A DNA stretch of 64,000 nucleotides from Setoptus koraiensis (taxonomy: Eukaryota; Animalia; Arthropoda), in contig CM106586.1 in assembly GCA_048013815.1 (NCBI GenBank), positions 7,316,001-7,380,000 on the forward strand. Reading direction: 5' to 3'. The stretch's first letter is position 1. Every line of letters begins with the position of its first letter. Below the pieces are notes generated by a model, which saw only the letters and a list, made by a program, of their open reading frames with translations, searched no databases and was not told the origin of the DNA. The translations under genes and the position numbers were made by a program. Below, one piece after another: positions 24,876-38,397 of this stretch.

Positions 24876-25391
24876 CGTCGTGTAATGTTTGTAGTCCTCC
24901 AATGGTATTGAATTGAATATTCTCCCAATCGGTGTCTACCTAATATCCAGCAATAATAATTAGGCCTCACGCTACTTGTGTGGATTGCACAATAACGCAA
25001 TCAACAATAATGCAACAACGCTACTGATATTGATGACGATAATAATACATGATATAATGGTACGATTAGACTCATCGTGATTGCGGTGCTCTGGTTACTG
25101 GTCCACTGTTTTGCACAGCATGCGTGTGTGCTTTTGCGCAAAAATTCTATTGCTCCCGTTGGAAAGAATCGAATTTTAAACTAAACCCAATCTGGTCATT
25201 GTCGAACTATTGCGCCAGTGTGCACTATTCTGTAGCACGCACACGCATTCTATATTATGTTTACTATATACTATATATTGCGCATATATCGATATGTATC
25301 GATTCAGTGGTTGTTGATGTTGTTGTTGACGCTGGAATCGGTTACAGGCTGCTGGGCTATTGTTGTTGTTCTCACTTCGCGCACTACTGCA

Positions 25392-25394
<3 letters not shown>

Positions 25395-25426
<32 letters not shown>

Positions 25427-26100
25427 TCGTTACATAATTGATCTGATTATGATTACTACTAACTAGATTATCACTATTGGAATATTCCAATGGCTGGTTG
25501 GTGAATTTATTGCACTTGTATGCGCGTATAATCGTTATTATTGTTATTTCTTTCGACGCTGTGTATGTGTGTGTGTGTGTGCGTGTGTGTGCGTGTGTGT
25601 GTCTGTGTGTGTCTGTGTGTTTGTGCGTGTGTGCCTCGTCGCAAGAGTTCATCATACGGCTCATGCTCTTGCTGCTGCGGTGTGCGTGCGTGTGTGTTAA
25701 AACAACAAAAACAGGAATTATACTCCACAATATTCCCCCCCCCCCCCGAAACATTCATATACGCGCGCGCTTCACATTTGCCCCACTACTGTGCGCAATC
25801 CACCAATCTCAACCCATTTCTATCTAGCTTCTGTGCCGCACTGCTGCCCGCTTGCCTTCCTGTGTGTCTGTGCGCCTAGCGCTGTTGCTGCGTCGAGTGC
25901 GTATGAGTGAGTTGTGCATTAATTTGTGTGTGTGTGTATGTGTGTGTATGTGTGTGTATGTGTGCGTGTGTGTGTGTATGCAGTCTGGCCCGCTTTGTGT
26001 GAGAGCCTCTTTGTCTGCACAAACTGTACACACACACACACAGCGAGATAGACTCTGATAGAGGCGCTATGGAGGCCCCCACACACACACACGCACACAA
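25395..26100. repeat. Cluster of (TG)n/(CA)n and degenerate (TGTGTA)n microsatellites
   Basis: Runs at about 25395-25425, 25560-25635, 25926-25980 and 26028-26098. Confidence 0.9.
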
Positions 26101-27805
26101 ACTCATGCCTGGCCAGGCAACTCAGCACATTGCACAAGAATGCACAAACGAAGATGCATCGGTCTGGGCCGAGCTCGGGCAACCGGCTCGCTTGTGTCCC
26201 GCCCATCGCTTGTGTGGGCCGCAATCTGGGCCCGATGAATGATACTCGCACCCGAGGAGCGCGCGAACGGGCGGCCCGGCCTCCCATCGGACCCATCGGC
26301 GGGCGCCAATGGCTCATGTGGGCCGTATATAACTAGACCGTACACACAACAGTACAGTTGTTCGAATGAGCAAGCTCGTGCGGGCTCCGTCGAGCGAGCA
26401 ATGTGCTGAGCGAGCAAAATCGAATAGGAGCAATGGCGCGACCCGTTGGAGATGAGAAGCGAATCATTGAGTTGGTCGCGAGAACGATTGTGTGTGTGTG
26501 TCTAACTGGCCGTCTGTCTAGACGGCAAGCTGGCTGGCTGGCTGTGAATAAAATCGATTTGAACTGAACCGGATCGACGAACAGAAGAATCGAATCAGAG
26601 AAGAATCGGCGTGATGCTTGCGTGTGCGCGGTTGCGCGCGCTCCCCCAGCAGCTCCCATGTTCGCTGGCAAGACAGCTAGCGCCATGATGATGTTAAGTA
26701 GCGCAAAGCGTCTCGGTAAACGCAGCTAGCGCCATTAGAGCCCACATTCGTCAAGTAGATCGTCATGTATGCGTTCGGGCTGAATTGTTTGGGCACTGGG
26801 CGCTGAAGAGACACCCGGGCCTGTTGTTATACATGTACAACAACTGGCCAGCTTGTCGGCCAGCGCGGGCCGGACCGGGTAATGCTGACGCGCGCGCGAT
26901 GTGCGCCCTTAAGATATTCCAAATACACACATGAAAATGTGTGTGTGTGTGTGTGTGTGCCACGCATTCAGCCCGACATGTCAGCGGCTGCCAGCCAGCA
27001 GGAGCCCAGTGGAGCCCGCGAATAAATTACGCCATCTAGGGCCCCGGCCGTTTGCGGCAGTGGCTGGCGCTGACCGGGCCGGCCGACCGACTGGCCCGGC
27101 GGCCGGCGAGCGTTCGGGACGGCATTGTCCGATGTGCGCACCAAATCGGCACACAATTAGCCGCCGTCTCAAGGTAACCGAGGCGCCTGACGGCCAGTCA
27201 ATGCGGGGCCCTCAATTGTCCAGATTGCGACGAGCGGTGCACAGCGGAAGACGGCCCTCGCTTAATGGCGAAGCGATGGAGTGTGGCCCGCTCTGGGGCG
27301 CACGTTCGGCCCGCTGCGTTCAGTGCGAATGGCTGAACTCGTTCGGGCCGAAGCGACAGGCCCTGGCGCGGGCCAAGGGCACAAATGCAAAATCATGCTG
27401 GAGCGGGCGACGAGCAATTTGTTGGCGCACACACACTACATACGCCACATACTGCTGTGAACAACGCCATTAGCCGGCCGGCCTGCCAGACATGATAAAC
27501 GGGCACAACTCGTCGGCTGCCAAGATAGCCCGGCCGCCATTGTGCGGATTACAAACGACGCGTCGGTTGCCCTTGCCCAGATCAGTGATAAGTTATAACC
27601 CGGCCCGGCGCGCCAGGCGGATTATCCGTTGTGCACCGGCCGCCAGTGTCTGACGAGGGATCAATAGTGACATGATGCGCCCCGCACACACACACACACG
27701 CACACACACACTCTCACAACTTGCGAGCCACAACTCACACCAGAGCAGAAATCATATGCAGCGCACACAGCGTGTGTGTGGGTGGGTGCGAGCTTGCCAT
27801 TATTA

Positions 27806-27832
27806 CGTCATAGCCGTTAGTCGGCTATGACG
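27806..27832. repeat. Perfect inverted repeat, 11-bp arms, 5-nt loop
   Basis: cgtcatagccg-ttagt-cggctatgacg. Confidence 0.9.
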
Positions 27833-29510
27833 CTGGCGGGCCAGGACCGCGCAATATGCGCATACAAGCGGCAGATCGCCAGCGAGCCAGTTTTATGGCT
27901 TGCGAACTGGCTCGCTGGTCACTCGGCGCCACTCTGCCGCCACTGGTCACAACACATTTGCGATTGAGGCCCACACTTGATCATGATGTGCGCGTCGCTC
28001 TGGCTCTGACATCATCATGATATCAAATTGTGGCCAATATTGACTGCGTGTCCAGCGGCCAGCTCGACTGGTCAGTCGAGCTGGCCAGCGCCAGCCATCG
28101 CTGTGCGGCGTGTGCGATATGGCCGCGCGATAAGGCACGCGCTGTGCGGCTCGCCACTGCAACCCGTCGCACACTACAGCAAGCGTCGCGTCGACGTCGC
28201 AGCCTTGACCGACCAAAAAAGCGACTCGCCCGGCGGCCGGGCTTCCACTCGGTCAGCGCGACGATATGCGCCCGGCCGCCATAACCCGTTTCCTCCTACG
28301 CGCGCACCGCTGCCAGCCAGCACCAATGACACAGCGGCGGCCAACAAACGCCAGCTAATGCCCGGCTAATAGCCAGCAAAAGCACGCTGCATTAGCACCG
28401 TCAGCCGTGCAGTGCCGCCGGAACCATCATTTATGTATTGATAGTGTTGCGCAAACACGGCCCGCTGGCCGCGCCAGGCCACACTGGCGAGAGCTGGCGA
28501 CAGTGGGCCGCTTTTTGGCCCGACACGCTGCGCGCCACAACAGCTGACAGCCGAGGGGCCAGTGGCGAAACGGGCGCTGCCAGCGAGACGGGCGCGGGGC
28601 CAGTGTGTACGTTGCGTCACACACTGGCTTAGCGACGCGTGACAAAACACACACACACATATTACCGGACAACGACTAAATGCAACAACTACAACAAATG
28701 GGCGCGCTCAGCACAATCTACGCCCGCGACAACGCACTGGCGGCCCGGCGGGCTCGCAGCGGAAGTGTGCAAATGCGGCGCCACAGCGCGCCCCATAAAC
28801 GCGCCACTGCCGGCAGTCCGCAGTAAGCGGGCACAAACACGGGCTCAAGGCAATTATTATGATTACGCTCGTGATGAGTGCAGTCATTGGTCAGTGTCCC
28901 TGCAGTCCAATAAATCAACTTTATGCAAAGTCAATTTGTTCGCGCCCACTTCGACGACGCCCTCCCGCCGGTTGGCGCCTCCGAATTATTGCGGCACACA
29001 GGCCGCATTCCGGCGCACTGTCGGGCGCCACCGACTGTCTGGCTCGGGCGTCCGGCAAGCGCGCACCCTTGGGCCGGCGGGCCGGCTCGCAGGGGGCCCT
29101 GTTTTCAATCGTCGGTTCAATTTTGGTCGGTTTGTCGACGGTGGCGCCGGCAAGGCCGCGCCGAGAATAGAACGCGCACGCACACAATAATGATATTATA
29201 GTTATAATCTTGCGAGCCCGCGCCACAGCGAGAGCCCACGAGCGAGCGACAAATCCGCTCGTCCTTAAATACCAAGCCGCTCGATTATGCTGGTTCAGCC
29301 AGCTGAATGTCGCCACCAGGCAAGTGCCACGCTGCAAGCTTAATGGCGGCACATTCGCAAGAACGAGGCGCTGGGCCCAAGCAGCAACTGCCGGCCGGGT
29401 ACCGCAAGCCAGGCACCGTACCTGGCGGCCAGCGGAGTAGCTAGTTGCCGCTAGGTGCAGCGAGGATGTAATTATCGAGGTGCTGGCGGTTCGTTTGTTT
29501 TGCTCATTAC

Positions 29511-29549
29511 GCGCGCGTAGGGCGCTGCTATTTCGCGCCCTACGCGCGC
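29511..29549. repeat. Perfect GC-rich inverted repeat, 15-bp arms, 9-nt loop
   Basis: gcgcgcgtagggcgc-tgctatttc-gcgccctacgcgcgc. Confidence 0.95.
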
Positions 29550-32500
29550 ACACTATTCCGCCGAGCCGACTAACGAGGCACCGCGAGCGCGTCCTGTCGA
29601 GCGCTCACTTGAGCGCTCGCCGCTCGTGATTGATTTATCGCGGGGGCCAATTTGTTGTCGGCCAGGCCTCGTTTTGGGCAGCGGCCAGCGCAACATAAGC
29701 AGCGCAGCGCCAGCCTACTTTGGTGGCGCGGCTTCGTTTGCGGCGCGACTCGCCACCTCTGGTGAGAAGGTTGCGTTTGTTGCCCGCTGCACGCGCCAAG
29801 TTATCGCCAAAATAAATGCGCGACTCGCCTGGTGGGCACACGAGCGCGGAGCGCACTATTTTGTTGACTGTTTCGCTGGCTGTCTCGCCGATTGTCTCGC
29901 CGATTGTCTCGCTGGCTGTTTCGTCGACCGTTTCGTCGGCTGTTTCGATGGGCGGATTGCATCGCGAATGACATCATCGCGCATTACATATTTTGCGCGC
30001 GAATGGCGATGATCAGGCCGTGATCAATATCACGCTCTGGTTTTCTTGCGCGCCACATTGCGTCACAGCTGATGATTTGGTCGAACGGTGGTCGCAAGCG
30101 TTATGTAACAATTGCAAAGCGATTCGCCGCGTTCGATAATGTCCGACGGGGCGCCCTCGTCGCGGGCCCCTCCGACGGCGCGCCGTCCATCGGACTGGTC
30201 GCTAGCGGCGCCCGTGCCAATCGTGGGAGGATAGTAAAAATATACCTATTAACGTGCCAGTTATAGATGTAAGATCTAAGTATAGCCGACGGTCTAACTA
30301 TAGCAGGTGATTGAAGCATGCAGCCCGCGATCCGTCCATGGCCGCTATACGGCGCTCTAGCCGTGCCAATGGATTTCTGCCAACTCTGGCTGGCCGGCTG
30401 GCTCTGCCGGCGGAGCCGTGTGCAGCAATGCCGGGCCTATGCTGGCCAGCGCGGGCCTCGATACGGGCCCGAGCGTCGCAAATTATAGCTCGCGCGTCGG
30501 GTAGCGGCAGCAGTTTTGTGGGGCCCACAACTCGACGGCAACTCACTCAGCTCGGTCGCGAGCCGCCGATCACCGACCGGGCCGGCCATGGGCGACGGTC
30601 GGCCGGCCGGCCAGCCGACTCTCCCCCCCCCCACCCCCCGTATCAAGCCAGCGCTGCACAGTGCGCCAAAAGTAAGTGCCGGATATTAACCCTTTTGTTC
30701 GCTGTGTCATGACTATTTTATTAGATTGTTCGCTTGCTTGCAGATCGGTCACACAGTGTACAGTCGTCGGGCTGGCGCTGATGGCGCAAAGTTGCCAAAC
30801 GTGCCCAGCCCGGCGAGCTGCACGAGCGGCTCGCCGGCGCGTGCGAGTTCGCAAACTTAGATTGATTATGTAATCTATCACTTTGTGATAATAATATGCG
30901 CTCGTGTGCATTGTAATCACTTAGTATAACCCGGCGTGTCGCGTATTATTATTGTCTGTTTGTGATTGCAAGTCGCGCGTTGCGTCGCGTCTCCACTCGG
31001 CTTGGCGCGCCGACATGATGATGATCACTAGCGCTGCGTGTGATTGCCAGCAACTATCATCATATGATGTATACTCCAACTGGCATCCAACTGGCATCAT
31101 ACTGGCATCATACTGGCATATCTGACACCGACATTAGCCGTTGCGGGGCGCGGGCCGGGGGCCCATTCTATCAATGGCGGGGCCCCAGCATTGATAAAAC
31201 GGCTCGCATTGTTTGCAGTGTGTCGCAGCTTGCCGGCGCCGCCAACTGTGCCACCGGCGATGGGTGCGCTGTGACGCGCCCGTCGAGCCAGCCGAGCTGG
31301 CCGACATCGCGGGCCTGATTATGAAAATTGATACTAGGCCCAGTAGTTGCGGGGCCAGCGAAGCGCCGCCGCCACAGCGCTTGCCACTGCGGCCCGCACG
31401 CCCGACAGCCCGCCCGTCACAGCGCGATGGCGACTGGCTGAGCTGCAAATTAAGTTTCAAATTGATTATAAGACGACCTATTATAAGCCCAGATTGGCGC
31501 AAATATATATTGCGTGTCGCTACATGTAGCCGCGCGTGCGGTGTTTGCTCTCTTCGTGGCGCTCTCTTTGCGTGGCGCGCCCTTTGTGGGGCGACACTCA
31601 ATCCGGAGTCCGCACCAATCCGATTCAATGCGATGATCGCTGTTGAGAGCGCCGCGTGCCCAGCCACGCGCTCTGGCGAGACGGATAAATTTGGCGAGTC
31701 GCGGTCACGTTTGTTCGCGCAGTTGGCACGCTCCGAGGAATTGGCTGCCGCTTTGATCGATATCATCGCGCTCTGATATCCCCGGCGTGTCGCATACACA
31801 CCGTCGGTGCAACGGCATTGGGGCAGACACACTATGATGGAAACTGCACACAAAACGTGCCATACTCGCGCGCACAATAATAATGGCCGATACGCAAGAT
31901 ACGGCGACACGCAAGATGGGCGATAATACGCGACAGCGACGACGACGACGACGACGACGACGATATGATACGTCCACGGGCGCTTTGTTTACTTAGTGTT
32001 TTTCTATATAAATTAGCAACAACCCTGGCAAGACCGTTGCGCTGTCGCGTCGCGATGTGTCGCCTTGTGCAACAGTCAACTGTTTGTATAATGCAAATGT
32101 CGTCGCGTAACACATAGCGCAATGTTTGGCGTCTCGCGGCGCACGCCAGACAGGCCCGGCTATCTATAGGTACAGTTCAATGTCATCGCTCATTGACAAC
32201 ACACACACATTGACGACATTACATCACTGGCCGGCGTCGTGTGGATAGACAGCGAGGCGACAGTGAGGTGACAAACGCACAGTTACTGTAACCGAGTTAC
32301 AGTTAGTCTCGGAATTTGTGCGCGCCTCGTTGCGACTCGCAACTTGTCCGTTCGCTGGCAAGCCAGATTTAGCGACACTTTGGCGGGTGGCGCAGTGGCA
32401 ACCCTGGGCCAAGTACGAAGTGAGCAGCAGCGGCGAATCAGTGCAGCCCAGACAAAGTCGCCATGACGACCAATGCACCGGCCAGCTCCTTGGGGAACCT

Positions 32501-35500
32501 TGGCCGCCGGCCCCAAGTTTAAATAAAAGAAGATGTTATCTGCGATGCACCCATTATGCACCCAATACGTGCCGCCCGCACCAGCGCACCTGCCCGGCAG
32601 CAGGAATAATTCAATCAGGTGTAGCGCTACTATTTGCCAGCAGCAGCAGCAGCGGCGGCGCTGTAGCTGGCACGGGGCAGGCACGGGTAAACGGGGCCCC
32701 GCGCGAGAGACCTACTCTCGTATAATACGAGTCGTATTACGGCCCAGTGTGTGTGTGCGCGCGCGGGCGACACAAACTGAATGGGGGGGGGGCGCAAAAA
32801 ATGAACATCACTTACTTTCAATTTCATCACAAAATGTATATACGCCACACACTGTCTGCACGTTCCTTCGATACTAATGGAGGGATAGATCGATCGGCGG
32901 ATCGATCAAGCCAACTTGTTAAGCTGCCGCTGCCAACTAAGCTGATCTACACCGATTATCTATAGGTTAACTGCCAATTGTGCATCGCAGCCCATTTATA
33001 CACAGCCAACCGGATGGCGGGCCCCACACACATACCACTTACAATCGAGCCGGCTTGTTGGGCCAAGCTAAAGCTAAAAATGTTTACCTGGCCGGCTGGC
33101 TCGCGTGCAACTGAAACGCTGCACGCTCGATCGGCGCAATTTCACCCCAGTCTGCCCCTCCTGCCCCCTCTGCCCGTTCGCCAGTGAGCCCGCTATCCCT
33201 GCCATGCACGGGCACCGCGCCATCCTGAATTTCGGGACCTGAAAACGTTCGCATAATACACAAGGGGCCCGTGGCATAGAGAGAGAGAGAGACGCTCGTG
33301 ACAGCCACTTCACTGTAAAATAGAACGCGTCAGCGCCGGCACTCAAACAATTTTTGCTCCCCCACCTGGCCGCTGCCTCCTGCCCGCCGGGCGCGCCGGG
33401 CACCGGGACAGCCAGTGTCGGGCACCCCCTCGCACACTCGAGACAGCACACTTTCAGCAAACAAGGTACAGCGCGCACAGAAAGCATAGTCGACAAATCA
33501 TGGCCACAGCTCGCTCGAGGCTCAATGTGCGGCCTGGCCCCAATGTTGCCGAGCCTCAATGTGCAGCCGGGCCCCGACTGCTGAGGCGAGCCCACGTTGA
33601 ACGAGTTTTCAGTTGGTGAGCGGCCCTATTTTATATTGTATATTTATGCTGCTCAAATTAGGCAGCCAGAGAGAGGGCGAGGCCTCGAGCAAGTGCATGG
33701 CGCCGCCCGGCCTCGGGCCTCTCGTGGACGCACCAGCCCGCCGTGAGTGCGGCAGCCAGTATGGATTGCATCATAATCTGGGGCCCTCTTCATCAGCTGC
33801 CTGCATCAGTCTGTCTGGATCGGTGGAGCGCAAATGCTTTTTTGTTTGCTTGTTTGTTTGTTGTGTCGTCTTTATTATCCAGCTATAATCTGATTACTTG
33901 CTGGCGCGCTTGCCAGAATGCTGTGCGCCAGTTGTGTGTCTCGTAACAACTCGATACAACAACGCAACACATGCTCTCGATAGGCATCATCAATAAGAAA
34001 TTAGAGCGATAGAGTTGATTAAATTAAATGTGATTTATACTCGGTGTTTATCCGCAACTCAAAAAAGAACACAACCGGCCCGCTGGCCAAGCCGGCAGCC
34101 AGGCGCTCGCTAACGAGTCGTACAATCTGTTTTCATCTGGCGACAGCCTATGCGAGTAGCGACTTGTTAAACTATTGCCAGACTATCGCTCAGATGATAC
34201 AATATTAATACATGCGAGTATTGCTATTTGATTTATCGTCACAATATTGCGAGTGTGCCGCTCCGAAACTATCATTATAACTGTATATTGGCCAACAATT
34301 GGAAATTTATGACACAGAATTATATTACTGTTAGTGGCATGGGCATTGATATTTAACGCATTGATATCATCATATTTGTAAGCTAGCCGTGGGCCCCACA
34401 AACAGGTCCCACTCGTATATTGGCCGCCCCTTTTTGGCATGTGACCAACGAGCACCCAATGGGCGCACCAGTATGATATTGATTTTCTTATAGGGCATCA
34501 TTATTCACGTTCGCTACATTTCCACGCAACTGACACAACCTTGCTGCCCTTGCCTGTCGCCGGGCACTTTTGAGAGAGTCTACACACAGTCGATACTATC
34601 GAGCTCGATTAATCGTCGGCAGCAATTACGCCTGCTACGGTCATTCCAGAGGCCACTTGTAATGTTGCTGCACTTGTCGCGCCATGTGCCATGCCTGTCG
34701 GATAATGCCTTTTTTCTTGCATTTAGCTTGCTCCACAATGGAACGAAACGAGACGAAACGCGACGCAACGCAACAAAGTCAAACTGTCTAGGTAGTGCAA
34801 CTTGCAGCGTCAATGGGGACAGCCGTTGTTTAATCAACGGTTCACAATCAATATAGATTGCTCGGTGCGCTCGGTGTATTAAACCAAATGGGGCAGCCCA
34901 GCGCGACGAAAATATTCAACTCTCCGCCAGACGACGCCAAAATTTGGGAGCCCACGCAATGGGAGCGAGACTGGTGGGTGAGCGAGCCGAGAGTAAATGA
35001 GCGCGAGTTTAATCTACAAAATAACATAACATCTAAGTGAAATTGTCACTTATTTGAATAGGCAAAAAAGGCAAGGCCGGATACTAATGTCTGATATGTA
35101 ATGGGCATCGGCCTTTTGCCCAATGGCGGCGCTCGTTGCCATTCCATTTAGGGCTGGCCCAGTTGAACAGTGCAGAGCAAAACATCATCAAGTTTTATTA
35201 ATCATAGCAGTTTGATTATTATTTCATTTGCACTCTCTTGCTGGTGTCGTCTAACCAGCTCGCCAGACACTAACATGCTCCACAGGGATAGCACACGGAG
35301 AGGCCAAAGCGATTATTGCTGCTAGTGTCATTGGGAGCTCATTTAGTGGGTGTCGGCGATAATTGAAATAATGAAAATAAATGTCTTGATGTCTGACAGT
35401 TGCGACTTGTCAAGCGACACAAGGCTCGTCGCCAGGGGTATTGTGTCGCGATTCAACGGTAATCATGCTTGAATTTGGCGCGCTCCACCTGGCCACTGGA

Positions 35501-35838
35501 TCAGTTGTTAGTTGCGTAACAAGCGAAAGTGGCTATAGGCGGCGCCTGTCGCTCTATCACCTTCGTCTAGCACGCCATACTCGCCACCATGAGGGCACCT
35601 CTTTGGGCCCCTCGCTGACTAGCCCGACGAAAATTGTGCACTTGCCGACACACGGATTATATTTACACTTTCTGGGGTGCAGTGCGGCGCCATGTCGGTG
35701 CACTTGTCGCTGGTGGTTGTTTGAGAGACGGGATTACATGACTAAATACATTGTAGCTGCCACTATGCAACGCAAGCTCCAAAGATCATGTAGTAATAAA
35801 GCGAGATGCTGCTGTTGCCAATAATGATCCCAGTGTGT

Positions 35839-35892
35839 CCTATCCAGCATATCCTATCCAGAATATCCTATCCAGCAGATTCTATCCAGCAC
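35839..35892. repeat. 14-bp tandem repeat (cctatccagcatat-like), about 4 copies
   Basis: Read directly. Confidence 0.85.
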
Positions 35893-36621
35893 ATCGTGCA
35901 CTAACAAATTGTGTGTGTCACTCGCAGCCGCCACAAACCCGCTACCCCGCGGGCACACCCCGATACCCCGATGTGCCGGGCGGCGCAAGGGTAGCGCGGA
36001 TGACGAGAGAGAGAGAGAGTGTAACGATCACGCACACCGCTCACTATAGTACGCTGTGTGATGCTCACTCTGTTGCTACAAAGGGAACATGATGCCGATT
36101 TATAGCTGTCGGGTCTATCAATCCGTATAGACGAATATCGTATCAAATAAAGCAGAAGATCAGTTGCATATATCGGTTCATCTTGGACAACACCATATAT
36201 CTCTACTTAATCACATCACATCGTCGTCACACACTCGAATATTGTCTTTGTTTGGGCATCCATTGTGTGTCCATTTTCGGCCCCATAACAGCCATCAATT
36301 TCTCAGGGATTCTCGGCCTCCATTATTCCTCCGCTATCACCACTAACCCTATTGCCGCTGACAGTTGGACATTCGGAACATTCGGACATTTGAAAGTTCA
36401 AACACATGGAGCACCCCATCCTAACACTACTACCGTCATGTGGCACTAGACGACCCTCAACTTGCCAGACTGTCACCAGGCCCAGGCCGACACCCACGCC
36501 GTCGCCCCACAACCAGCAGAGCCGGCACCAACTAACGCCGGCAATAATCTCAACTGCAACAAGAATTTGTCCTTCAAATCGTGGCAATATCTCAGTGCAA
36601 TACCTCTCGAACGTCTTTGTG

Positions 36622-38397
36622 ATGTCGATGTTTCTATTTATATTGCCCTATTTAATTAGTACTCTCTTGTCACTAGAACAACAACAATTTACAATTTTAT
36701 CTTATGTTAACGCTCAAAATACGGGAGCTGATAGCACACCAATGTCGTCCAATCCACAGGTTCAAAGTGATGGTTCAATTGATGCCGACGATGACGATTC
36801 CGACTTCGATGAGTTCGCCGAATTCGACTCAATGGATCCGGATCATCACACTCTAGCAAGTAGCAAAATTGATAGTAATATTAACAAAGCATCCACTAAG
36901 GATGGTAGTGTTAAAGCTAAAAAGAAGAGTGCCACTAATCCAGCCACTGAAAAGAAAGAACCAACAGCACAGTCCAGTAGTGTCGATGCCAAGAGGAGCA
37001 ATGCTCAAGCAAAGAAAACAGCGAATCTTCGGCAAACAACCGATAATGAACCGCCCTCGGATATGTCACAACAGGCTTCACCTCCGAAACAGGATCTCAG
37101 AAGAACTCAAGATACGTCGAATAATAACAACGTAGGCCAGGAGGCTAAAAATATTCACAAGGACGACATACACGACGATGACAGCGATGATGATTTTGAC
37201 TATGTTGAGGACAAGACCAAGCCCAAGGAAGACATCAAAGTTGTCAATGCTCCGATGCCAATCAAATATACATGGGACACCTATTATGTCGAAATATTCT
37301 TCATCATAGTCATATCTCTTTATTTTGTCAATTTTTTCATTGGAAGTGGAAAAAATGAACAAATTGCCTGTTTGTGGTTTGAAGCCAATAGGAGTTTGTT
37401 AAGGCAAAACTTTGCACTGGTTGGAGGCCCACCGCAACTACCTTTACCTGCAGATGACAAGAATAAAGAGGACTCAGGTGATTCGCCAAGACCCAAACAA
37501 CAGCAGCAAAGAGGCCTCATAAAAGAAACCGAGTCAAGCTATGTGCTATGGTGCTCAGGGAGGGTCGGTATGGAGGGTATGCTAACCGAAATCAACTTGT
37601 TAAAGCGTCAAGATCTCTTGAGCATGTTTATGGATTTGTTGAAACCGTCGAGAGACAATTTTGTCCTTAGGATGCAGCTCAATCAGGACAGTATTGATAA
37701 TTTTGTTTTTTGTTTATCTCAAAAGTCTACATCTGCTAGACTTGCAAAAGAAATGATCGATATCAATACATTTTGTCCTGAAAGAAAACCTGTCTCTAGA
37801 TATGGAGTTAATAGCGAGAAACTTTATCTTATGAGCGAGATCAAAGAAGTGTCCACCTTTTTGTTTGACTCAAAGACGTCACAACTCATAAGCGCCTATG
37901 AGGATTGTATTGACTATATACACATAACTGACCAATATTCACTTGTCAAGCACCAAGAAGATATGCCGGTCGCTCAGAAATTATCCTCTGTTAGAAGAAT
38001 GGCCACGTTTTCATTCAATTTTCCAAGACAAGCCAACAAAACGCGCAGAGATGATAGTGGAAACGTCGACGATAATAGTCGCTTGAACACTGAGACAATG
38101 GTTTTGTTAGCGTTTACTATCATAGATAAGCTGAGAAGATTTCGTTTGAGTCGTGACGGAAAGCAAAAGAGTGAAAAGAATCGACAAAAAATTACCGATA
38201 TTCTCCAAAAAGCTGCCTTTGCTCAACGTCAAGAGGCTGCTCAAGCTAAGAAAGAGGAAATCCGTCGACAAGAGAAAGAGCGTATCTATGAAGAGGATGA
38301 CCCAACTAAGCAACGTAAGTGGGAAAAGAAAGAGGCTAAACGAGAGCTCAAGAAGAGCAGGAAAATGAAACAGCTCAAGGTAAAATCAAAGGGTTAA
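36622..38397 (+). CDS. CCDC47: CCDC47 (PAT complex subunit, DUF1682), single exon; likely start at MSMFLFILPY...
   Basis: Signal peptide, acidic luminal region, TM segment (YYVEIFFIIVISLYFVNFFIGSGKNEQIACLWF), YVLWCSGR motif and basic C-terminal coiled coil (RQEAAQAKKEE...DPTKQRKWEKKEAKRELKK...KQLKVK). The ORF is open from 36406, but ATG 36622/36628 directly precedes the signal peptide. Confidence 0.92.
   Translation: MSMFLFILPYLISTLLSLEQQQFTILSYVNAQNTGADSTPMSSNPQVQSDGSIDADDDDSDFDEFAEFDSMDPDHHTLASSKIDSNINKASTKDGSVKAKKKSATNPATEKKEPTAQSSSVDAKRSNAQAKKTANLRQTTDNEPPSDMSQQASPPKQDLRRTQDTSNNNNVGQEAKNIHKDDIHDDDSDDDFDYVEDKTKPKEDIKVVNAPMPIKYTWDTYYVEIFFIIVISLYFVNFFIGSGKNEQIACLWFEANRSLLRQNFALVGGPPQLPLPADDKNKEDSGDSPRPKQQQQRGLIKETESSYVLWCSGRVGMEGMLTEINLLKRQDLLSMFMDLLKPSRDNFVLRMQLNQDSIDNFVFCLSQKSTSARLAKEMIDINTFCPERKPVSRYGVNSEKLYLMSEIKEVSTFLFDSKTSQLISAYEDCIDYIHITDQYSLVKHQEDMPVAQKLSSVRRMATFSFNFPRQANKTRRDDSGNVDDNSRLNTETMVLLAFTIIDKLRRFRLSRDGKQKSEKNRQKITDILQKAAFAQRQEAAQAKKEEIRRQEKERIYEEDDPTKQRKWEKKEAKRELKKSRKMKQLKVKSKG

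Noticed and set aside
25508-25519. tattgcacttgt, identical to the first 12 nt of miR-92
   Set aside because: The 3' half diverges and there is no complementary arm nearby.
31134-31910. 258-aa minus-strand ORF and overlapping 187-aa plus-strand ORF
   Set aside because: No recognisable domain, both strands are open, and the composition is typical of GC-rich non-coding DNA here.
36406-36621. 72-aa N-terminal extension of CCDC47 in the ORF track
   Set aside because: It would precede the signal peptide and has no similarity to CCDC47; it is more likely 5' UTR that happens to be open.
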